The position numbers were made by a program, and so were the translations under genes. This document shows, in pieces, positions 38,372-48,419 of a stretch of 64,000 nt of DNA (positions are counted from its first letter, which is position 1; each line of letters starts with the position of its first letter). Under the pieces are notes generated by a model. It was not told the DNA's origin, ran no database searches, and worked only from the letters and a program-made list of their open reading frames with translations. Source of the stretch: an uncultured Nitrososphaerota archaeon (GTDB lineage Archaea; Korarchaeota; Korarchaeia; Korarchaeales; Korarchaeaceae). The stretch spans positions 1-64,000 of the forward strand of contig CAZUBM010000009.1 of the NCBI GenBank assembly GCA_964618805.1, read 5' to 3'.

Positions 38372-38905
38372 GTGGGATTGAATATGGAAGTTATGGAAGC
38401 GATTCTAGGTAGGAGGAGCGTTAGAAGATTTAGATCAGACCCTATTCCTGAAGAAGATCTGAGAAAAATCCTAGAAGCTGCAATATGGGCTCCTTCTGCT
38501 GGAAACATGCAATCTTGGGAATTTGTTATAGTCAGAGATCCTAATAGAAAGCGAGAAATTGCTAGAGCAGCCCTAGGTCAGTGGTTCATCGCAGAGGCGC
38601 CTGTCGTCGTAGTAGTATGTGCAAATGAGGATAGAAGTGCTTCTCGTTATGGTGAGAGAGGAAGAAAGCTCTATTGTATACAAGATACGGCTGCTGCAAC
38701 GCAGAACCTGCTTTTGGCAGCTTACTCCATGGGTTATGGAACTTGCTGGGTTGGAGCATTTGATGAGGATTCTGTCTCCTCCGTCATCAAAGTTCCAAGT
38801 GGAGTGAGACCAGTCGCCATAATTCCAATAGGAAGGTCTGCAGAAACTCCAATTGGCCCTAGAAGAATGCCTTTAGAAAGAGTCATGCATGAGGAAACTT
38901 TCTAA
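38372..38905 (+). CDS. Nitroreductase-family protein
   Basis: RRSVRRF, APSAGNMQSW and GTCWVGAF. Confidence 0.92.
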   Translation: MGLNMEVMEAILGRRSVRRFRSDPIPEEDLRKILEAAIWAPSAGNMQSWEFVIVRDPNRKREIARAALGQWFIAEAPVVVVVCANEDRSASRYGERGRKLYCIQDTAAATQNLLLAAYSMGYGTCWVGAFDEDSVSSVIKVPSGVRPVAIIPIGRSAETPIGPRRMPLERVMHEETF

Positions 38906-39201
38906 GGAGAGAATTAGGGAAGAATTTGATCACTCAATCTCTAAGAGATCGTTATTCTTGATCTACTAGGACCGTCTATCCAAGATCATGAGAGCCCTTG
39001 GCTGCGACTTAATTGCTACCTTTAGACTAAACCTAAGATTCTAACCTTAGTCAATTTTTTGGTTACGAGCTCCAGCAAAAACTATTAAGGAGTCCTATGG
39101 CCGATTATCTTCAATCAAGGAAAGGTAAAGAATTTAAATCAATCAAGTTGGGATAAGAGCGCGTCATCTAAAAGAACATTCAGAAATGAGGTGATTGTAA
39201 A

Positions 39202-41229
39202 GTGAATCCTGGACTTCTGGCTGCTTTGGTTGGCAGCATAGCTATGGGCTTCGTTGGTCTTCTAGCCTGGCTAGTCATAAAGGAAGACATGGGAACTGAA
39301 AGGATGAAAGAAGTTGCATCATTCATCCAGGAGGGCGCTGCTGCCTTCCTGAAGAGAGAGTTCAAGACAATAATTTACTTCGTAATACCACTAGCCTTGT
39401 TGCTCTTAGTCTTCCTTAGATGGGAGATAGCTTTTGGTTTCATCCTAGGTTCTGCATTTTCGCTTCTCGCAGCTTACATAGGCATGAGCATTGCTGTAAG
39501 AGCGAACGTTAGGACAGCAAATGCGGCTAGAAGATCTGCAGCTGATGCAATGATAATAGCCTTCAGGGGCGGGGCTGTTACAGGCTTATCAATAGTAGGA
39601 ATGTCCTTACTTGGTCTAGGACTTTTGTTCTATTTCTTCAAGAAGCCAAGCCTTCTAGTAGGTTTTGGATTTGGAGCAAGCTTAGCTGCACTCTTTGCCC
39701 AGCTTGGAGGAGGAATATACACAAAGGCCGCAGACGTAGGAGCTGATCTGGTAGGAAAAGTGGAGGCTAAGATACCGGAGGATGATCCTAGGAACCCTGC
39801 AGTAATAGCTGATCTGGTTGGAGACAACGTTGGAGATTGTGCTGGAAGAGGTGCTGACCTCTTTGAGTCGTTTTCAGACAACATAATCGGTACCATGATC
39901 CTTGGTATGTCCTTCTTGGCGTTTTACGGGTTCAAAGCGGTTGTGTTTCCGCTGTTTATAGAATCGATAGGAGTTATAGCCACAATAATAGGCATCTTAT
40001 CAATTAAAAGGACGAAGAACGTGACTAAATCCCTTTATATGACCCTTTTCATATCTGGAATCATCTGCCTGATAGGTTTTTACTTTCTAACTACCAAATA
40101 CATGCAGGACATACATCTCTTCTATTCAGCTTCCCTTGGCCTAGCAGCAAGCCTTATCGTAGCCCTTCTTACCCTCTATTACACTGGATCAGAAGGAAGA
40201 GTTGTTAGAAGGATTGCTGAAGCCTCTCAAAGCGGAGCAGCTATAAACTTGATAACAGGCTTTTCCTATGGTCTAGAGAGCGCAGTATTGCCGGTCTTCA
40301 TAATAGCAATAGTCACAATAACATCCTACTTCATATGTGGCGGCGGCTTCAAAGGAATTTATGGCATTGCAACCGCAACTATGGGGATATTATCCACTAC
40401 AGGAATAGTGATGGCCTCTGACACTTTTGGCCCAATTTCTGATAATGCAGATGGAATAGCTGAGATGTCTGGAATATCTAAAGAAGTGGGAGAAGCTACT
40501 GAGATGTTAGATGCCGTTGGAAACGTAACAAAAGCTGTTACAAAGGGCTATGCTATGGCTACGATGATGCTGACTGCAGTCGTTATCCTCTTTGCCTACC
40601 TAACAGAGGCAGCCTCGCTGTTGGGAGTTGAGATAACAAGTGTACATGATGTTATCGTCAACCTTTTCGATCCGATAAGCATAGTTGCAGTCATAATAGG
40701 TGCTACAATTCCCTTCCTATTCTCTGCTTGGGCCATAAGAGCGGTGGGTCATGCAGCATTTCAGGTTGTTGAAGAGGTCAGAAGACAGTTCAGAGAGATC
40801 AAGGGACTCCTAGAAGGAAAGGCGAAGGCAGACTATTCGACTTGCGTGGACATAACCACTAAGAACGCGTTGAAGGAGATGATTCCTCCGACAATGCTGG
40901 GTCTCATAGCTCCAGTTGTCATAGGCTTCTTGATGAACGTATGGGCCCTAGCGGCTTACTTAATTGCTGTCAAAGTGGTTTCAGCTATACTTGCCATGTT
41001 CATGTACAACGCTGGAGGAGCTTGGGACAACGCAAAGAAGTACATAGAAGCTGGAAACTTCGGAGGAAAGGGCTCGAAGAGTCACGAAGCAGCCGTCATC
41101 GGGGATACATTTGGTGATCCTCTAAAAGATACGGCAGGGCCTTCGTTACACATCCTAGTGAAGCTTCAGAACATCTTATCAATAACCTTGCTTCCACTAT
41201 TCCTGTCCTACGCTCTCCTTCCGTTATGA
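39202..41229 (+). CDS. hppA: Membrane-bound ion-translocating pyrophosphatase (K+-independent signature)
   Basis: GGGIYTKAADVGADLVGKVE, EDDPRN, GNVTKA and GDPLKDTAGP. Confidence 0.95.
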   Translation: MNPGLLAALVGSIAMGFVGLLAWLVIKEDMGTERMKEVASFIQEGAAAFLKREFKTIIYFVIPLALLLLVFLRWEIAFGFILGSAFSLLAAYIGMSIAVRANVRTANAARRSAADAMIIAFRGGAVTGLSIVGMSLLGLGLLFYFFKKPSLLVGFGFGASLAALFAQLGGGIYTKAADVGADLVGKVEAKIPEDDPRNPAVIADLVGDNVGDCAGRGADLFESFSDNIIGTMILGMSFLAFYGFKAVVFPLFIESIGVIATIIGILSIKRTKNVTKSLYMTLFISGIICLIGFYFLTTKYMQDIHLFYSASLGLAASLIVALLTLYYTGSEGRVVRRIAEASQSGAAINLITGFSYGLESAVLPVFIIAIVTITSYFICGGGFKGIYGIATATMGILSTTGIVMASDTFGPISDNADGIAEMSGISKEVGEATEMLDAVGNVTKAVTKGYAMATMMLTAVVILFAYLTEAASLLGVEITSVHDVIVNLFDPISIVAVIIGATIPFLFSAWAIRAVGHAAFQVVEEVRRQFREIKGLLEGKAKADYSTCVDITTKNALKEMIPPTMLGLIAPVVIGFLMNVWALAAYLIAVKVVSAILAMFMYNAGGAWDNAKKYIEAGNFGGKGSKSHEAAVIGDTFGDPLKDTAGPSLHILVKLQNILSITLLPLFLSYALLPL

Positions 41230-41328
41230 GGAGAGCGCTTCCCCATTTTATTTTAAATTGAAATTGGATGGTTTAAGACAGATTCTAAGTTCCTGTTTAA
41301 ACAAATTATCTCATATCTTAATTCTTGA

Positions 41329-43062
41329 CTAAGTGGTCTCCTTCGATTTTGATTGGCGCACTAGTTTCTTTATCGTCCAATTAGTAATGCTGTTCACCAG
41401 GTAAGCGGTTACAAACATCCCAATTAGAGATATTGGAGAGGAAAGAGGAAGCCAAAGGCCTTCCTCTGTCTTTATCAGGGTTTCAAGGAGGTCCATTACG
41501 GGGGCCAGAGCCATGTAGGTCAGTAGCAGCCTTAATATCAGGAAGAATGAACTTTCAACCCTCTCAAACTCGCTGAGTTCGCTTAATATGTGTCTCTCGA
41601 AGAACGTGTATGTGTGCTGGATTGTCGAAATGAAAGCGCCCATTGAAAACATTGCAAATACTAGACCAGCTAGTTTGTGACCTGGGGGCAAGAGTTTTGA
41701 GACCGTTAAAAGCACGTATATTAGTATTAACCTCACAATTGCCCCATACATCCATCCTTTAAACTCGGGATCCCCAAGAGATGCAGCTGCTTGAGAGCTA
41801 AGTGATTTTAGAGCTTCTGCCAACTTCCTAGGCATCTTACTTATGAGCCATGGGACTAGCTTCTCCACCCTCAACGTCACCTCTGATTCAAGGGTTAGGT
41901 TGAAAGCATAGGCAAACATGGCTGCAAACACAACGGTAGGAGGTAACATTCTGGTCATCCCTGCTAGAACTATTAGCCCGAACTCCCCCGTATTTGCAAG
42001 AGTCAACGAAATTTTCAGGGCTTCCTCCAAGGTGAAACCAGCCAAGATGGAAGAAATGAGCAGCATTAGTCCTCTCAACATGAAAGCAGCTAAAGCCAGC
42101 ATGAAACCATATCCCATTGACATCAAGAATTCTCTTGAACCCATACCTGCTTCTAACCTAAAGGGTAGAGATGAGATGAATCCCAATAGAGCCAGCATCA
42201 GGTAGTGCTCTATGCTCTCAAAGGTTTCCTTGTCGAATCCATAAATGGAGAGCATTAGAGCTCCTATGAACACTGGGATTGCCTCTGGAACATGTAAGGC
42301 ATGCCCAATTGATGTTAGAACGAAGATGTACAGGATTGTGCTGAAAATTCTTGCATCCAGTCTTAATGTGTCCTTAATGTACCTGCTAAAGGGCTTGGCA
42401 AATAGATAAAGGGCCGGTATCAGCAAGGCCGTTATGGTCAGGGCCTCTAATGCTTGGATCCTTATTCCCTTTAGGCTCTTTTCTGTGAAAAAGCCTACTG
42501 ACAGTAAGAAGACTGCCAAAGAGTCCTCTAACACCGATAGAGCTATGCCAAAGTTTGCTAGTCTCTCGTCTCCAACCTTTTTCAGCTCTAAAACGAACAT
42601 CTCGTTAGAGGCTACCATTATTGCCACCAGAGCTAGCGAAATAGGTCCTCCAAGGGTAATGCTCAGGAGATAAAACAGGGAGAGGAATATCATGACTTCA
42701 ATTGAGAACATAATGAAAAGTTTCTCCTTCTCAACCATGAAAGTCTCAACATCGAGTTCCAAACCAGCTACAAATACGATCAGGGCTGTTGCTAAGGGGG
42801 ATATACTGATAAGCACTTCGTGGGCTTGAAGTCCTAGGAAGGAGCACATTAAGGAGGCGAACATTATGGCTGGGAGCAAGACCACTGATCTTCTCTTGGC
42901 GTACAATAGGGCAAATACGGAGACCAGTGCTAGGTGTATCAAGTACCCTGTTTCCGCTAACGGTTCTAGGAGTTCGGGCATCGTATCTGAATTATAATGT
43001 CTTTTTATAGATTTCGTCACCATAACTTCTCCAATTCTTATTTTTCTACCTATCTGGGCCAT
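41329..43062 (-). CDS. Cation:proton antiporter (CPA2/Kef-like)
   Basis: More than 12 TMs, with FVAGLELD, LEDSLAV and GEFGLIV motifs. The true start is probably near 42980. Confidence 0.75.
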   Translation of the reverse strand: MAQIGRKIRIGEVMVTKSIKRHYNSDTMPELLEPLAETGYLIHLALVSVFALLYAKRRSVVLLPAIMFASLMCSFLGLQAHEVLISISPLATALIVFVAGLELDVETFMVEKEKLFIMFSIEVMIFLSLFYLLSITLGGPISLALVAIMVASNEMFVLELKKVGDERLANFGIALSVLEDSLAVFLLSVGFFTEKSLKGIRIQALEALTITALLIPALYLFAKPFSRYIKDTLRLDARIFSTILYIFVLTSIGHALHVPEAIPVFIGALMLSIYGFDKETFESIEHYLMLALLGFISSLPFRLEAGMGSREFLMSMGYGFMLALAAFMLRGLMLLISSILAGFTLEEALKISLTLANTGEFGLIVLAGMTRMLPPTVVFAAMFAYAFNLTLESEVTLRVEKLVPWLISKMPRKLAEALKSLSSQAAASLGDPEFKGWMYGAIVRLILIYVLLTVSKLLPPGHKLAGLVFAMFSMGAFISTIQHTYTFFERHILSELSEFERVESSFFLILRLLLTYMALAPVMDLLETLIKTEEGLWLPLSSPISLIGMFVTAYLVNSITNWTIKKLVRQSKSKETT

Positions 43063-43091
43063 GCGATCTTGTTAATGCACTCTAATAGCTT

Positions 43092-43259
43092 TTCGGAATA
43101 AAGGCACCAGCAGCTGTCCGAATATACAAGGCTCTTCTTGAAACTAATGGTAGAAGGGCACCCGTTACTGAGGAAGAAATCATCGAACTCTTGAAGAAAT
43201 GCTTGAGGATCATTGAAACGATTCCTGAAAGGGTTTCAACAGACATTCTTAGTAACTAG
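43092..43259 (+). pseudogene. Possible 3' remnant of an ECF transporter ATPase gene
   Basis: A start-less frame FGIKAPAAVRIYKALL..APVTEEEIIELLKK resembles the EcfA/CbiO C-terminal tail. Confidence 0.35.
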
Positions 43260-43412
43260 TTATAGGAACAAAGGTAAGGATTGTTTTCAATATGTATTTC
43301 GCGAAACCTCCTTTCATGCATTCCATAAAGAAAAACACAGGAAATTTAGCGTTCCTTTTTCTTTAATTAAGTTTAATGCAAACAGATAAAAGGTGATTTG
43401 TTAACGTCCCTT

Positions 43413-43959
43413 GTGACGAAAGGGAAACTTGTAGAAAAAATCATCGGTTGGTCTAAGAAGGAAAGGTCAAAATTCGAGAAAGTCATTGCTCTTGCTCTAG
43501 GAGCAGTGATCTTCGCCTTTCTGCTGCCTTCCTTTCTTATTTTTAGGCATTGAAAGGCTGTTTCCAGAGCCATCTAATCTCATTCTTGGACTTTTGCTTG
43601 TTATCGTAGGATGGTCTTTTGCTGCATGGTCTGTCTACGTTCAATATGAAATAGGGAAGGGCACGCCTGTACCAGTTGTCCCAACAAAGAGGCTAATAAC
43701 ATCTGGTCCCTACAAATATTGCAGGAATCCGATGGTTTTCGGGACTCTACTCTTTTATGTAGGTCTTTCTGTTATATTTAATGCGGTTTCAGCTATCTTA
43801 ATGTTGGTTCCTTTGATATCCATCCCTATCTTAATTTTCATTAAGCTAGTAGAAGAAAAGGAACTTGAGATTAGATTTGGCCAAGATTACCTAGAATATA
43901 AAGAGAGAACGCCGTTTTCTGATACCACGTCCAGGAGTAAGGAAAGAATGTGGTGTTAA
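43413..43959 (+). pseudogene. Isoprenylcysteine carboxyl methyltransferase-family gene, disrupted
   Basis: GKGTPVP..PTKRLITSGPYKYCRNPM..EEKEL..FG. The 5' portion (from 43413) is cut by a stop or frameshift. Confidence 0.7.
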
Positions 43960-44338
43960 GTGAGACCTTTGTTTAGAGCGGAGAGCACGTAATTAATAAT
44001 CTCTATAAATGATTCAGGCGAAGGTATTTCGAACGCGTCTACTCTATTCTAAGCCTTCCTTATGCCTCTAGCACGTCTGATCAGTGCGAAGAGCAACAAG
44101 GCAAGCAATAAAATTAAAAGCCAATCTACTCCCACAATCCAATCCATTCTTTCCATCCCTAAGTTAGCCCGTATATCAACTGATACATGATTTTGTTAAT
44201 AACTACATGTTTTTTTATTACTCTAGAAATTTGTCATCAAGTTTCAATATTTTTCCATTTGCGAGGTCACATCTCGCGAAAAATATTAGTAGGAAACCAA
44301 CAGGAATAGCAGGTTGAGGATTTTGAAGGGATGAAGTT

Positions 44339-45304
44339 TTGGGACTAGCGATATTATTGTTGGCACTTAGCTCTTCTGTGTACATAGCTTGGAGTATCGG
44401 GGCAAACGATGAGACCATGGCTACAGTCGCTGGAAGTGGATTTTTAACCCCTACAAGGGCTGTAGCGCTTGGAGCTTTGATGGACTTCTTTGGAGCCATT
44501 TTCTTAGGGGGAAGAGTGGAGAAGACCTTAGGAGAAGGAATTCTCTCCTTCCAGATCGGTCTTATGGAAGCTTTCATAATCATTCTTACTGTCGCTACAT
44601 GGCTTACCTTAGCATCATATAGAGGGTGGCCCGTTTCAACGACGCATTCTGCAGTAGGTGCTGCTCTCGGCATTGGTCTCGCTTTAAGCGGTTCAAAGGG
44701 TATAAATTGGGAGGGAATCGGGAAGGTTGCAGCAGGATGGGTTTTGTCGCCAGCTTTAGGCATGGTGACATCCTTCTTCCTCTACATAGCCTTTTCAAGG
44801 CTAGTAATCTCAAAAGTAAGGGGACTTAAGGACAGGGATAGGATGGAGTTCTCTTCTGCATTAATTTTAACGTTAGGAGCATCGATAACGGCCTTTTCCA
44901 GAGGAGCAAACGACATAGGGAACGCAACTGCTTTTTTGTCCGTAGTCTTAGGTAAACCCCTTCTTATCAGATTAATTTGTGGCTCGGGAATGGCCATAGG
45001 CCTGTATACACTAGGCAAAAAGGTGATCGAGTCTGTTGGCCTTCAAATAATAAGGATGTCTCCAGGAATGGCTCTCATAGCCCAGCTGTCTACTGGCATC
45101 ATAATGTTTACTGGGACATGGCTGGGACTTCCAATATCAGGAACTCACGTGCTAGTAGCCTCTATAGCTGGCATGGCCTTAGCAAAAAGAGCAAGGCTTA
45201 ATTTGAGGGAATTATGGGGGATCGTCTTCTCATGGATTGCCACTTTTCCTACCGCTGCGATAATCAGCTTTTCAATGGGTAAGATTTTGATGATATTAAT
45301 CTAG
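44339..45304 (+). CDS. PiT-family inorganic phosphate transporter
   Basis: Two GAND repeats, PVSTTH and PISGTH. Confidence 0.93.
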   Translation: MGLAILLLALSSSVYIAWSIGANDETMATVAGSGFLTPTRAVALGALMDFFGAIFLGGRVEKTLGEGILSFQIGLMEAFIIILTVATWLTLASYRGWPVSTTHSAVGAALGIGLALSGSKGINWEGIGKVAAGWVLSPALGMVTSFFLYIAFSRLVISKVRGLKDRDRMEFSSALILTLGASITAFSRGANDIGNATAFLSVVLGKPLLIRLICGSGMAIGLYTLGKKVIESVGLQIIRMSPGMALIAQLSTGIIMFTGTWLGLPISGTHVLVASIAGMALAKRARLNLRELWGIVFSWIATFPTAAIISFSMGKILMILI

Positions 45305-45912
45305 CCGGATGCCCTGATGATAACTGCCTTCATCACGTCTACGGTATTTTCACACGCATCTGATATGTTTTCCATTGAAATTATGAGATCATGAACTAGA
45401 AGCAGGAGACCGGATGGAATATTCCTTATACATGGCAACTTTCCTATAAGATCTAAGAACAGGTTATCACAAACCAGCTCTATCCTCTCAACCTCATCAC
45501 AAAGCTCAATACATCTTGCGAAATCAGATTCTAGTGCTTTTACCGCTTCTTTTGTTGCATCAGCACACCTAAATGTTTCTTCCGCAAGCTTGATAAGTCC
45601 TCTATTCACATCCTCTGGGATCCTAGTTAGGTCCACAAACATCAAGAACCTTGCGGCTTCATGAGCATAGTCGGTTATGTAATCCAGTCTTCTAGCTAAA
45701 TGGACGAGATCTTGCCTGCTAATTGGAGGTAATACACCTTCTGTAAGCTTATCCATAATCTGCCTTCTAAGCTCGTCTGCTTCGTGCTCCTTGACATCTA
45801 TCTGCCTAATCTTTCTCAAGCTACCTTCTTTGTCCCCTTTTACTCTTAGAGATATGGCCTCCCTCAGGTCATTTACTACACTTACCGTCATATTTACATG
45901 CTCAAGCATCAT
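45301..45912 (-). CDS. DUF47/PhoU-like phosphate transport regulator
   Basis: EHEADELRR..PPISRQDL..LDYITD and the second repeat ENISDACE. Confidence 0.9.
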   Translation of the reverse strand: MMLEHVNMTVSVVNDLREAISLRVKGDKEGSLRKIRQIDVKEHEADELRRQIMDKLTEGVLPPISRQDLVHLARRLDYITDYAHEAARFLMFVDLTRIPEDVNRGLIKLAEETFRCADATKEAVKALESDFARCIELCDEVERIELVCDNLFLDLIGKLPCIRNIPSGLLLLVHDLIISMENISDACENTVDVMKAVIIRASG

Positions 45913-46150
45913 GTTGAAGGCTGGGCTCCATCTCTTGCTGCCGAATTTCTTAAGAAACCCTATCTTGGATCACCAAGTCAAATCTCTGGTTTACATCTGC
46001 TATAAAAATAGCCAACGTACATGAAACCGTTGAGCAGTACATGAATTAAATATTTTTACAGTTAGAAATTTTCTATTTTGTATCAACAAAGTTTAATGTA
46101 TGAACGATGATTAGCTTAATGGCCTATTAAAAAGTTCAATTAAACCGTTC

Positions 46151-46438
46151 TCAGGATTTAGTCAGCGAAATTGAGGGTATAATCGTTATGGTGTTCTGAA
46201 TGCCCTCTATCTTGCTGATAACATCAGTTACGAACTTCCCTATTTTCTCTGAAGGTGGAGTTATTATCTCCCTCTCGACCTCTAAGACAACAATCAGATC
46301 GTGCTCTCCAGGAGTCACATGAGCCTCCTTTACCTCTTCGTATTCCATGAGCTTTTCAGCTATTTCCCTCTCTCTTCCAGGTTCTACATCGACTAGAACA
46401 AATCCTCTTGCTTTCCTTCTCATTTCGAAAAAGGGCAT
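46151..46438 (-). CDS. Stand-alone Lrp/AsnC ligand-binding (RAM) domain protein
   Basis: FVLVDVEPG, GEHDLIV and IEGIQNTIT. Confidence 0.85.
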   Translation of the reverse strand: MPFFEMRRKARGFVLVDVEPGREREIAEKLMEYEEVKEAHVTPGEHDLIVVLEVEREIITPPSEKIGKFVTDVISKIEGIQNTITIIPSISLTKS

Positions 46439-46458
46439 TTTATCACATCCTTGCTCTT

Positions 46459-46980
46459 CTAGCCTCCCTTTAAAGCCCTAATGATCTCTCGGCAAAAATC
46501 AGGGAGGTCTAGCGGAATTCTCGAGGATATAAGGTTTCCATCCCTGACAACAGGCTCGTCTACGAAAGCTGCACCTGCATTGATCACATCGTCCTTTATT
46601 GCAGAGAAGCAAGTGATCTTCTTACCCTTCAAGATTCCAGCAGATATGAGGATTTGTGGTCCATGACATATGCTAGCAACTATCTTTCCCATCTCGAACA
46701 TTTTCCTTGTGAACTCAAGGACCTCTGGCATGCGCCTCAATCTGTCTGGAGCCCATCCTCCTGGAATCACAAGGGCATCAAATTCCTCTGGCTTAGCCTC
46801 CTTGAAAGTTAGGTCTGGTTTTATGATAAGCCCATGTTTACCTCGATAGTTGTCCATGGTTGGAGCTATAACCTTGACTTCGGCTCCTTCCTCCTTTAAC
46901 CTCAACAAGGGGTAAAATAACTCTAGATCTTCAAACTCGGGCCCAGCCATCACGGCTACCCGCTTACTTGATAGACTCAT
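46459..46980 (-). CDS. pfpI: PfpI/DJ-1-family protease/deglycase
   Basis: FEDLE, IPGGWAPD, ICHGP and SSRIPLDL. Start is ATG 46980. Confidence 0.9.
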   Translation of the reverse strand: MSLSSKRVAVMAGPEFEDLELFYPLLRLKEEGAEVKVIAPTMDNYRGKHGLIIKPDLTFKEAKPEEFDALVIPGGWAPDRLRRMPEVLEFTRKMFEMGKIVASICHGPQILISAGILKGKKITCFSAIKDDVINAGAAFVDEPVVRDGNLISSRIPLDLPDFCREIIRALKGG

Positions 46981-47109
46981 AATAAACCCAGTTATCAAGG
47001 ACTGCAAATAATTAAATCATGGCTGATGAATTTTCACTAAAATTATTTCATCCTTCGTACCATGCAAACCTTCCTATCGCATTATATCTCAGAAGCTAAT
47101 TGGAGACCT

Positions 47110-48234
47110 TCACCGCAACAACAGCCTTTCCATCAACTCAGTCCTTGGACATATTACAATCCTCCTATAATATGGACAAGCCGCGCAACTAGGGGTGTTC
47201 CCCCAGCAATCTAACTCATTTGAGGACGCCATATCACAAAACTCCTCATAGGGGCAGTCGTTACAAGATGGGAACTGAAGGAGTTCTACATGCGCTCTAA
47301 ACTCCGCATACCTTTTATCCCACCAGATATCCCTGAGATTTCTGTTCAAGATGTTTCCAAACTTTATTTGATTAATCTTCTTCCTTCTACCATCGATCCA
47401 AGCTACGTAATTGTGTAAGGCGAATAAGCACGGAGAGACGTCTCCGCTCCTGTTAATGGCGAGTTGGTCCCTTCCAACAAAGGGACAAAATCTGTCAGTT
47501 CTGTACTCAAATTCAGGCTCCACCAACTTTATTCTGCTAAGAATGGCTTTTCCTCTGGCAATATGAAGTATTTTCTTCGTTTTTGGATCAGGGTTCCTTC
47601 CGTAAAGCACCTGATCGGACAAATGCTCTTGAGTTGGAATGAGGTTCGACAAGATGAGCCCAACAGCCCCAATTTCAGAGGCTCTTTTTACTTCTTCTGG
47701 AAGATCTTCTAAGTTTGTCTTCATTAGGACTTTTATAAACCAAATCGAGGGATACTTACTCCCTTGCCTCTTTTTCTCCTCCTTTAACTCCTTGATCGAT
47801 TCAAACAGGCTTTCAAGCTCAGATCCAACCCTTATATGTCCATATTTCTCTGGATCCAGACTGTCAACGCTTACTACAACCTTCTCGACTTCATGAGAAA
47901 CTATATCCTCGGCATACTGTCCCAGCAGGACTCCGTTTGTGAGTATTCCTAACCTGAACCTTCCAGACGCTATTTCAAGCAATTCAGGAAAATTCTTGTG
48001 GTATGTGGGCTCTCCCCACCCACTTAACCAAACAAACTCGGTTCCAATGCTTTCAAGCTGATCAAGAACCTCAGAGTAGAGCTCTAAGTCCATATCCCTT
48101 GGCGTCTCATCCCAGCTCCTCCTGTAGCAGAACTCGCAGTTTAGGTTACATTCAGAGGTTACTTCGACATGTACTTCTCTAGGGTAGGTATTGGGAGGGA
48201 TGTATTCACCTCTACCCATCCTTATAGAAAGCAT
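47110..48234 (-). CDS. Tungsten-cofactor oxidoreductase-associated radical SAM/SPASM maturase
   Basis: CNLNCEFC, GWGEP, CPF..PC and SCNDC..C..DCWGNTPSCAAC..CP. Lies next to AOR. Confidence 0.85.
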   Translation of the reverse strand: MLSIRMGRGEYIPPNTYPREVHVEVTSECNLNCEFCYRRSWDETPRDMDLELYSEVLDQLESIGTEFVWLSGWGEPTYHKNFPELLEIASGRFRLGILTNGVLLGQYAEDIVSHEVEKVVVSVDSLDPEKYGHIRVGSELESLFESIKELKEEKKRQGSKYPSIWFIKVLMKTNLEDLPEEVKRASEIGAVGLILSNLIPTQEHLSDQVLYGRNPDPKTKKILHIARGKAILSRIKLVEPEFEYRTDRFCPFVGRDQLAINRSGDVSPCLFALHNYVAWIDGRRKKINQIKFGNILNRNLRDIWWDKRYAEFRAHVELLQFPSCNDCPYEEFCDMASSNELDCWGNTPSCAACPYYRRIVICPRTELMERLLLR

Positions 48235-48419
48235 CTCGGATAATGCTCTGACCTGATTAAAATGATTTCAAGTTCAGCTTTACAACCAAAATAGGCCTCT
48301 ACTATGCTTTCTCTTTTCCCCTAGAAGTCTATTTCTCTTAAGAAAACTTGTCAGATGAGAAGATCACATCATTAGTTCAGACGCCCTACGATTTGTAAAA
48401 AGAAGAAAGAGGAGAGGAG

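Noticed and set aside
47110-48234. Second rSAM/SPASM as another RiPP maturase
   Set aside because: It has no RRE domain or adjacent peptide, and its motifs and position next to aor fit the known tungsten-oxidoreductase-associated maturase family.
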